This document shows positions 9,575 to 16,519 of a stretch of 16,519 bases of DNA, piece by piece. A program made the position numbers and the translations under genes. Position 1 is the first letter of the stretch, and the number at the start of each line of letters is the position of its first letter. The notes under the pieces were generated by a model. It saw only the letters and a program-made list of their open reading frames with translations. It was not told where the DNA came from and did not search any database. Source of the DNA: Tubiluchus corallicola (taxonomy: Eukaryota > Animalia > Priapulida); the NCBI GenBank assembly GCA_030141605.1, contig JAQGDQ010002053.1:1-16519 (forward strand), read 5' to 3'.

Positions 9575-10130
9575 AATTATGAATTTATCCACAGCAAAAT
9601 CGTACATACAAGCACACATATAAATTGTCATTACATTATAAAATAAAATAAACGAGTCACTGTGAGGAGGAGGAAGGAGTATTATGCTTTCCAGTCCTCC
9701 TCCAGATAAGTGGAACGATTGACAATTAACATTACACAGTATTTTCATCAGTTATAATGTACATTAGAACAAAATAAGTTTTGTAAGCAACTTAAGATCA
9801 GGATGAGTAAAATTGTGAGTTAATTATACCCTTGTAGTAAGTAATTCTTTGATGCTTTTTTAAATTGATAAAGACTAAGAGTTTTCATTTCACGCGGAAT
9901 TGATGACCATATTTTAATAGCATTATATTTTGATGACTGTTTCGTTACATTTGTTTTTTGGAAGAGAGAGTACATAGTTTCCGACTGAATATTTTGTGTG
10001 ATGATCATGTTGTGTTGAAACTGGACTAAAGTATGACTGAAAAGCTGATGGAAGTAGTGAATTATGATACTGATACATGAAATGAACACAATACATGTCA
10101 AATATTTCTTTCACTTTAGAAAAATCTTCT
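9575..10130 (-). mobile_element. L2-group (Crack/Daphne-like) LINE 3' fragment with 3' UTR
   Basis: Two overlapping frames, FMYQYHNSLLPSAFQSYFSPVSTQHDHHTK and YNAIKIWSSIPREMKTLSLYQFKKASKNYLL*, are typical of the post-RT C-terminus. The stop is at 9820. The UTR has a GGAGGAGGA/TCCTCCTCC inverted repeat at about 9666-9702. The left boundary is approximate. Confidence 0.75.
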
Positions 10131-10785
10131 TAAAAAATTATATTGCTTTGCAGCAATTTTGTGCACATATCGTACTTGCATTAAAAGGAATTTTTGTTTG
10201 TTTTCATTTTAAATCTCCCTCGGTACTGTTCCGACGGCGCCATTACATGACGTCACCTACGCACAACGTAAATCAGGGGAAGAAAAGGAAATGTTAAGTT
10301 ATGACCCGAAAAACTTTCTATGCAGATCTGCATTACTCAGCATTTCGCTTACCTGCTGGAAAGACTTACGTAACTAGAAGTAATAATTTAAAATGTTTAT
10401 GCCAATTGGTAAAGTGTCGCTGGCTTCACCCTCTAGGGTGCGCCTCTCACTAACCAGAAACGTATTTTTAATCTTACTGATAAGATACAGTTATTTAAAA
10501 TTTTACTTAGTTGGCAACGTGTGTTCTGCGAATGTTCTGATTATTTTTCAAACTTCACGCAAGTGCCCCGGATCCCTTATTGTTTATTTTGTTTAAAGTG
10601 TCTATTTGTTTATCCCAATTTGTTTATTTTTGTTTAAAGTGGAAAATATCGGAATTTTGAAGTCCATCCCTAAGAGTTTGCCATATAAAGTTATTTCATA
10701 TAGCATTCGCTTACCTGCTATAAATATTTGTGCGAATTGAGAAGAAAATTCTTGATAATTTAACATAATCGCGCCACTAGGTAAA

Positions 10786-10901
10786 ACGGCCAAATCACAT
10801 TGAAAACACCGGTTCTCGTCTGATCACCGAACTTAAGCAACGTAGAGCCTGGTTAGTACTTGGATGGGTGACTGCCTAGGAATACCAGATGCTGTAGGCT
10901 T
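10786..10901 (+). pseudogene. 5S rRNA-derived sequence forming the head of a composite retroposon
   Basis: ACGGCCAAATCACATTGAAAACACCGGTTCTCGTCTGATCACCGAACTTAAGCAACGTAGAGCCTGGTTAGTACTTGGATGGGTGACTGCCTAGGAATACCAGATGCTGTAGGCTT. There is no oligo-T terminator, and it runs directly into GC-rich sequence. Confidence 0.9.
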
Positions 10902-11334
10902 GCGGGATGCCCACACTGTATCTCGACATTAGGCAGAGGAGCTGCACAAGCAGCCAACGGCTAGAGGGCGGAGGAGGTCAAGTGACCCAACAGCCATGAG
11001 TAGAGGAGTAAACCTTCCAAATCAGGAGTGGAGCCCCGAAGGCGGACCAGTGCAGCATGCTCACTGACCCCGGCAGCTCCTGCAGCCAACCTGGTGCCAA
11101 ACGTATCGCTCCGCTTTCCTTTGGATTACACCAGGGAGGAAGAGAGGGGGTTCCTGTTGTCTGGGCAACTCAGGATCTCCATACACCTTGCCCAGGCGTG
11201 CGCCCTGGAGACGTTCAAGGATCGGACTGCTAAGCCACAGTCGACGCTGCAGCTCCATCAATGTGATCAATAACTGACTCTCTTGGCGCACATTCCCAAA
11301 AAACATTCTTCCGAGACAGAAGGATGCCAACCAC
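10791..11334 (+). mobile_element. Candidate 5S-derived SINE (SINE3) with bipartite RTE-derived body and tail
   Basis: A perfect 10-bp direct repeat GTAAAACGGC lies at 10781-10790 and 11335-11344. Inside are the 5S head and a GC-rich body. 11215-11277 translates SRIGLLSHSRRCSSINVINN*, like an RTE ORF C-terminus. The end has an RTE-like stem-loop CATTCTTC-7nt-GAAGGATG and a CCAACCAC tail. Confidence 0.8.
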
Positions 11335-13877
11335 GTAAAACGGCACTGCTTCGCCATCCCAGTGTGCATCACTGGTTCACCAGAAAAAATTGACCAAATA
11401 AAGTAATTTAAACTTTCCCTTAGTGAGTGAAGAAGGTCTGATTATGTTTTCAAACTTCATACAATGTTATCTAACGTGGATGCGCCCAAAAGAATCATCT
11501 AACTCCGGTATTGTTAAGGACGTTTGTTTATTAAATAGCCAAAATTGTTTGTTCTTACAACATTAAGCAATAATAGTTAAATGTGCGTTTTGATTAGATT
11601 AAGTTAACATACCTGTTCTTACCTGTAAGGTGGTGACATCTGGCTTCAATATTAGCGACCTAGTTTTAAATACCTGTCATTCAAGTTTCAATGTGTTCAA
11701 AGTAGTGATGACGTGTTGACAAATTTTCTGTGCAACTCACGATTTGATGCCAAAGATGTATGTATATTCTGTTTAATTTTATTTAATTACTCACTGAAAG
11801 TCTCTGATTAATTTCACTTAATCGGAATTGACATTTTGATAAGAAATCAATTAGTTCATTAAAAGAATTTGCATTTCTTTCCAGATAAAATGTATAATTT
11901 TGTAAAATGGCGTCTCAATGCATGTCAAATGTGAAGTAAAATGACGAAAGGGCATGTGCTGTGATGATGGTGCACAAACAATAAAATATTATACTAAGCA
12001 GTACTTGATGACTTTGTTTGTTTGTCACCATAGAAACCCAAACAGGCACTACCTGGTGCGATAAACCTGAAATGAATTTATTCAGTATAAAGATGTGATT
12101 CAACAATAAACAGAATCAAACAATAGAAAAATAATTAACAGATTAACAGGTGAAAATTACAGCAGCTAAGTAAAAATATGAAATGTTTCCAATAATAACC
12201 TAGTAAAAATAGCAGATTATTGTGTTAGTTTACGAGATAAAGGTAATTTGGTCTAAATTAATTAAGAGAACTGACAATTTGGTGATAAATTTGCATCCTG
12301 GATAACAAAACAGTATTTAGTGAGTTCACCAGAACTACGGCAGTAAGAAAAAGCTAATCGCATACGTGTAAGTATGAACAGGTAAAACAGGTCATGAAAG
12401 TCACGTGACTATACCCAAATTTGGCTTCTGACAACTGATTGACTGTAATGAATGACAAAGTTAAACACGGTTGAAACTAAAAACATTTCACAAACGTCAA
12501 CTAGGTGCCGCTAGTAACCACGTCTAAAGTTCTGTCAAACGACTTACCGTTAATCGGTCACGGCGTGAGTTTAAATTTACTAGTTTTTTACAGCGTTACT
12601 TCTAACGCAAGCCCCGTGTACAATAAGACAGCATGTAAGTGATATAAAATCCAAGACGTGTGTTTAAGCTTTATGTGAGTGAATGGTTTTCTTGTGCTTT
12701 AAGCGTGAGTAAAGGAAAGTTGTGTTAAATAGTGATTTTGATTAGATTGGTGATTAAAACATTAAATTAACAGTTTAAGATTAAATGCTTGACGATGCAA
12801 GATTAAACTATCTTTCGTGGCTAGAAGCTTTGTTAGGTGTGGCATCACGTGACCAGCTGATGTTCGACCGGCTGACTCAGAAGTAAAGATTGATGATGCA
12901 ATCCTTATGCGCAGAAGCTCACTGCGCATCAGGTTGTTAGACAAAAGTGTTTTGAGGCCCGTACCTCGGGGGAAAATTAGGAACTGACTAGAAGACGGAG
13001 GGCTGGCATTACTATCCTCTTATATTTACCGTGTTGTGTTTGATCTTTAATAAATGCGTAGTTTATTAAATAAAGTCTTGATAGTTTGCCATGCCCATCG
13101 TGGCTACCTCACACGCCACACAATAAACAACAATAATCAGCAAGCAGCATTAACACGACAATAAATAGACTTTAACACAACCACTATACCAATTATTTTT
13201 ACTCGTGTATTAAATGTAGTTTACACAATAGCGTTGATTTGATGCATTCTACTTTTTGAAGCAGCATAATGTGATTTTAACTGTGCCGACTCATGCACGT
13301 TTTGCAAGCACACATTTAAATAATCAATTATTTATAACGGTAAACAAATATCGTCTGCAAGGCAGATAAAATGCGTATACCTCAAAAGTTCAAAATTAGA
13401 CGCGCAACCATCCAAGACGAAATAGTCTATTACAAGGTACACGAGCTTCAGGTAAATTTGCTGAACTACTTCACGTGCTATTTATTACCGCTTCGCACTG
13501 AATCACTGGCTTCAAAACTAAACAACAGTGCCATCTATGAGTGACAGAAAGAAACAAAATAGCAAACCAGTTGAACTTACTGGCTGTTAATAGTAATAAG
13601 TGAACCCAACATAACGCAACATAAGTGCCACATAACGAACAGGTGCAAGGTATTACACAACAAGCAGCTGCGCAGCCTACTTGAATATGTGCTATACAAG
13701 GGTGCCAAAGTTTGAAGGCGTCACATTTTAGAAAAAATTCTCATCCTCGGAAAATGTGTATACTTTCAAATCCATGTAAAGGACGCATTTTATAACACAT
13801 CACAGGCAGTTACTGAGAACAACTTTTATGCAAGTGCTACATAACGAACAGGTGCAAGGTATTACACAACAAGTCAC

Positions 13878-14008
13878 TCGACATCAAACGTATATGCCGA
13901 GATTTGAATATTACAACATACACACAGTAATGCAGAATTCATTTACCCCAACGACTTGTTTGATGATAGTCAGTTTGTAAATACGTAAAGTTTAAGTGCA
14001 AAGTTACA
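13878..14008 (+). mobile_element. Internally deleted third copy of the same LINE 3' end
   Basis: Shares blocks TCGACRTCAAACGTAT, AGATTTGAATA, TAATGCAGAATTCATTTACCCCA, TGATAGTCAGTTTG and GTAAAGTTTAAGT in the same order with 14600-14809. Confidence 0.65.
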
Positions 14009-14010
14009 GC

Positions 14011-14440
14011 ACCAGCAGTTTGGATTTTGCGCTGACACACTATGGAACGAACACTGTAATCAAGCAAGCAATTCTACTCTGGAATTCTCTACCATTACAG
14101 GTTAAACAAATCAAGTCCCTATCAGCATTTAAAACAAAATTACAATCACTAATATTAACCAGATATGAAATACCATCAGACCAGTACGACAACATGTACA
14201 CTAATTCAGAATTCATATATCCACGGCCATATTAATTAAATCATAGTTTTTCATTTTTTTGTGCATAGTTGTAAATATGTTTGATTTTATTCGTCGTTAC
14301 TTTCCATTACTGCACAACAGTTTAGATTGCACTGACGCATTTGCCTTTAGCAGTGTAAGTTTTTATTAACTAACACTGATTGAACATCTTAACATTTTGT
14401 TATGATTCTCAAATGTTATCATGACAAATAAAGATGTTGC
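14011..14440 (+). mobile_element. L2-group (Crack/Daphne-like) LINE 3' fragment
   Basis: THYGTNTVIKQAILLWNSLPLQVKQIKSLSAFKTKLQSLIL contains the WNxLP...FKxKL motif. The stop is at 14235 and the UTR ends CAAATAAAGAT (AATAAA at 14427-14432). Confidence 0.75.
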
Positions 14441-14444
14441 TACA

Positions 14445-14491
14445 CTATGCGGTGCGATGCTATGCTATGCTGCACTGCACTGCACCGCACC
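14445..14491. repeat. Degenerate pentanucleotide repeat (ATGCT / GCACT)
   Basis: ATGCTATGCTATGCTGCACTGCACTGCACCGCACC between two LINE fragments. Confidence 0.7.
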
Positions 14492-14539
14492 TTATCTAAC
14501 GTTATTGTAGTCTGAAACTTCAGTGCATTTTTTCTGCCC

Positions 14540-14938
14540 CGCCTGGTATATCTAAGTTTGGTTGTTGCCTTTTCTTACATAGTTGAAAGACACTGCCAAT
14601 CGACGTCAAACGTATTAAACCTTCATCCGCATTGAAAACCAAAATAAAAGTATTAATGACGTCAAGATTTGAATACGCAACTTACCCGTATGACAACTTT
14701 CACACTAATGCAGAATTCATTTACCCCAGGCCATATTAAACGACTTAAATTTGCTGATAGTCAGTTTGATAAATATGTAAAATTTGTAAAGTTTAAGTTT
14801 AAAGTTACATTTTTAAACGTGTAGTTTAGTTTTTGCAATGGCGTATTTGCCTGCAACAATGTACGCTCTTTCACTGATTGAGCATCTTAATATTTTGTTG
14901 TGATTCTCAATGTTATTATAGCAAATAAAGAAGCTGCT
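14540..14938 (+). mobile_element. Second, diverged 3' fragment of the same LINE family
   Basis: 14584-14739 translates *KTLPIDVKRIKPSSALKTKIKVLMTSRFEYATYPYDNFHTNAEFIYPRPY*, colinear with the copy at 14080-14235. The UTR is homologous and has AATAAA at 14924-14929. Confidence 0.7.
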
Positions 14939-15639
14939 TATTTACAAGAAGGTGAAAATACACAATAAAAATGTACAAAGTTTAACATTCTTTGAATTCA
15001 TTTCCTAACAATTTATACACAAAGTAATCACCGACAAAGACAAATATTACCCGTAAAAAAACTTCATTACTGTGCTAGGTAATAAAAATTGCCTAAGCTA
15101 ATGTAATTAATTTGTTTGTTATAATCGTTATTTGTTAATTTCAGTTTTAGCAGTCTCAGCATGGTGCAAGCCATGGTGTATTCGTATAAAGTACGTAATT
15201 ATTATTAATTATATCAGGTGATGCACACATATATGTATGTTACTATGATATACTGTTGACGTAAAATAAATAAATTAAATTTAATTTAATTAAATTAGAT
15301 GATGATATAGAAGCTAAATTATTAGTCTGTATTATATATATATATTCTGTCTGCAAGAACAAAAACTCACCGTGCGCAGTGTTTAATATATTTACATTTA
15401 AAATATTTAGGTACTTTACGTAGTTTTCACAAACAACGCACAACCATATATCTGATCCCACAGAGGTCACACTTTCATTTACACGTAAGAGCTAAAACCA
15501 ATTTTGCAATTATAAAACCACTTTAAAACAATTGCACATTTAAAACAACTGCACATTAAAAACAAATAAGTATTCACAATCAAATCATAAACTACCTATA
15601 AGATGGAGACAATTTGTGTAAGGAAAATTTTGAAATTTC

Positions 15640-16401
15640 CTACAAGCCGGCAAAACCACCGGCGAGAGGCACGTCTAACGACGTCACGCCATCACGAGGT
15701 GCCACTTTAGAGCAACCGTAGGCGCCAATTCCTACCAAGAAGAAGCCAGTCACCACGGAACATCCTCCCAGCATTTGCAGCAAGAATGTCTTGCTTAGGT
15801 ATCTCTTTTCCAGACCGTCTCCTGCTGGAATGCCATCGTTTGTAATGTGTTTTGTTCTTGACGAATCATCACCACCTATTGTGAAGTTTGTTGAACTGCT
15901 GGGACGACTTCTGTTAACTGAAACGTTTTCACCAGCAAAATGGCCGATATTCGAACTCTCGTGCAAGCTTGCCTCTTTGCAATAACGTTCGCCGAGTGAT
16001 AAAGGCAGCATTTTTTTGATCATTTCCGTGCATCTGGAGGAGTCAGCTCCTTTCACTTCAGAACTCTGACTAGCAACCTCGAGGACGTTCTTACCTGTGG
16101 CATTTTCAATGCCGTCTTCAGTCACAGTTGTCGTTTTAGTTCTACCAGTGTCGCCAACAGCTTCGACTGACGAATCCATTTTAATCGAAGAGTTTTTAGG
16201 GAAAGCAGTACTTCTTACAGGTTCAAGCACTACTACTAGCTCTGCCTTTTGAACAAAACTCTGCGTAATGATGAACACAATGCCGACGACAATCAGCAAG
16301 TTACCAGCCAGAACGGTGAGGACCCAGAGATTACTCAGTCTCCACGATCGGTGCCGTTGTCGTTGCCGTGGCACTTGTTCTCGAACGTCTTCAATACTCA
16401 T
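15640..16401 (-). CDS. Uncharacterised two-pass membrane protein (253 aa, single coding exon)
   Basis: Longest non-repetitive ORF in an AT-rich window, with a good start context (CAACCATGA). A basic N-terminus (RQRQRHRSWR) precedes TM1 (LWVLTVLAGNLLIVVGIVFII). A Ser/Thr-rich loop has five N-X-S/T sequons (NSS, NAT, NVS, NRS, NFT) and two Cys. TM2 is FLLQMLGGCSVVTGFFLVGIGAYGC. Confidence 0.8.
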   Translation of the reverse strand: MSIEDVREQVPRQRQRHRSWRLSNLWVLTVLAGNLLIVVGIVFIITQSFVQKAELVVVLEPVRSTAFPKNSSIKMDSSVEAVGDTGRTKTTTVTEDGIENATGKNVLEVASQSSEVKGADSSRCTEMIKKMLPLSLGERYCKEASLHESSNIGHFAGENVSVNRSRPSSSTNFTIGGDDSSRTKHITNDGIPAGDGLEKRYLSKTFLLQMLGGCSVVTGFFLVGIGAYGCSKVAPRDGVTSLDVPLAGGFAGL

Positions 16402-16406
16402 GGTTG

Positions 16407-16519
16407 TTCGAACACTCCTTTATTGCCTGATAGACTGTCCTAGCTTCGAACACTCCTTTATTACTCTCAAAGACTGTCCTAGCTTCGAACTCTCCTTTAT
16501 TACTTCTCAAAGACTGTCC
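16407..16519. repeat. 38-39-bp minisatellite, at least 3 copies, running off the window edge
   Basis: Units TTCGAAC(A/T)CTCCTTTATT...AGACTGTCCTAGC start at 16407, 16445 and 16484. Confidence 0.9.

Noticed and set aside
10902-11210. HDV-like or hammerhead ribozyme in the RTE-derived segment
   Set aside because: Such ribozymes are known in some RTE 5' ends, but I could not assemble the nested pseudoknot or the CUGANGA/GAAA core by eye; an Infernal or RNArobo search would be needed.
11028-11372. 81-aa and 103-aa ORFs
   Set aside because: They lie within the GC-rich retroposon body; only the 20-codon RTE remnant in another frame is meaningful.
12838-13120. Possible solo LTR (TGTGGC...GCCACA with AATAAA near the end)
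   Set aside because: No matching 4-6 bp target duplication, primer-binding site or internal domain.

Overview
AT-rich, repeat-dense genomic DNA from an invertebrate animal; the 5S sequence looks lophotrochozoan-like, but that assignment is tentative. It is not prokaryotic, and most ORFs in the track are repeat-derived noise. Likely genes: one intronless 253-aa ORF (15640-16401, minus) encoding a two-transmembrane protein with a Ser/Thr-rich, sequon-rich loop, and a probable small spliced gene on the plus strand (exons about 3016-3227 and 4675-~5000). There are three 5S rRNA-derived sequences. Two are a near-identical tandem pair on the minus strand joined by an A/C-only tract. The third is on the plus strand and is the head of a ~545-bp composite retroposon (5S head, RTE-type internal segment, RTE ORF C-terminus and 3' stem-loop) flanked by a perfect 10-bp target-site duplication. 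This candidate 5S-derived, RTE-mobilised SINE is the most interesting item. The rest is 3' fragments of RTE and L2-group (Crack/Daphne-like) LINEs, possible Helitron-type pieces, and many micro- and minisatellites (10/11, 37, 38/39 and 47 bp units). All family assignments come from motif recognition, not database searches.
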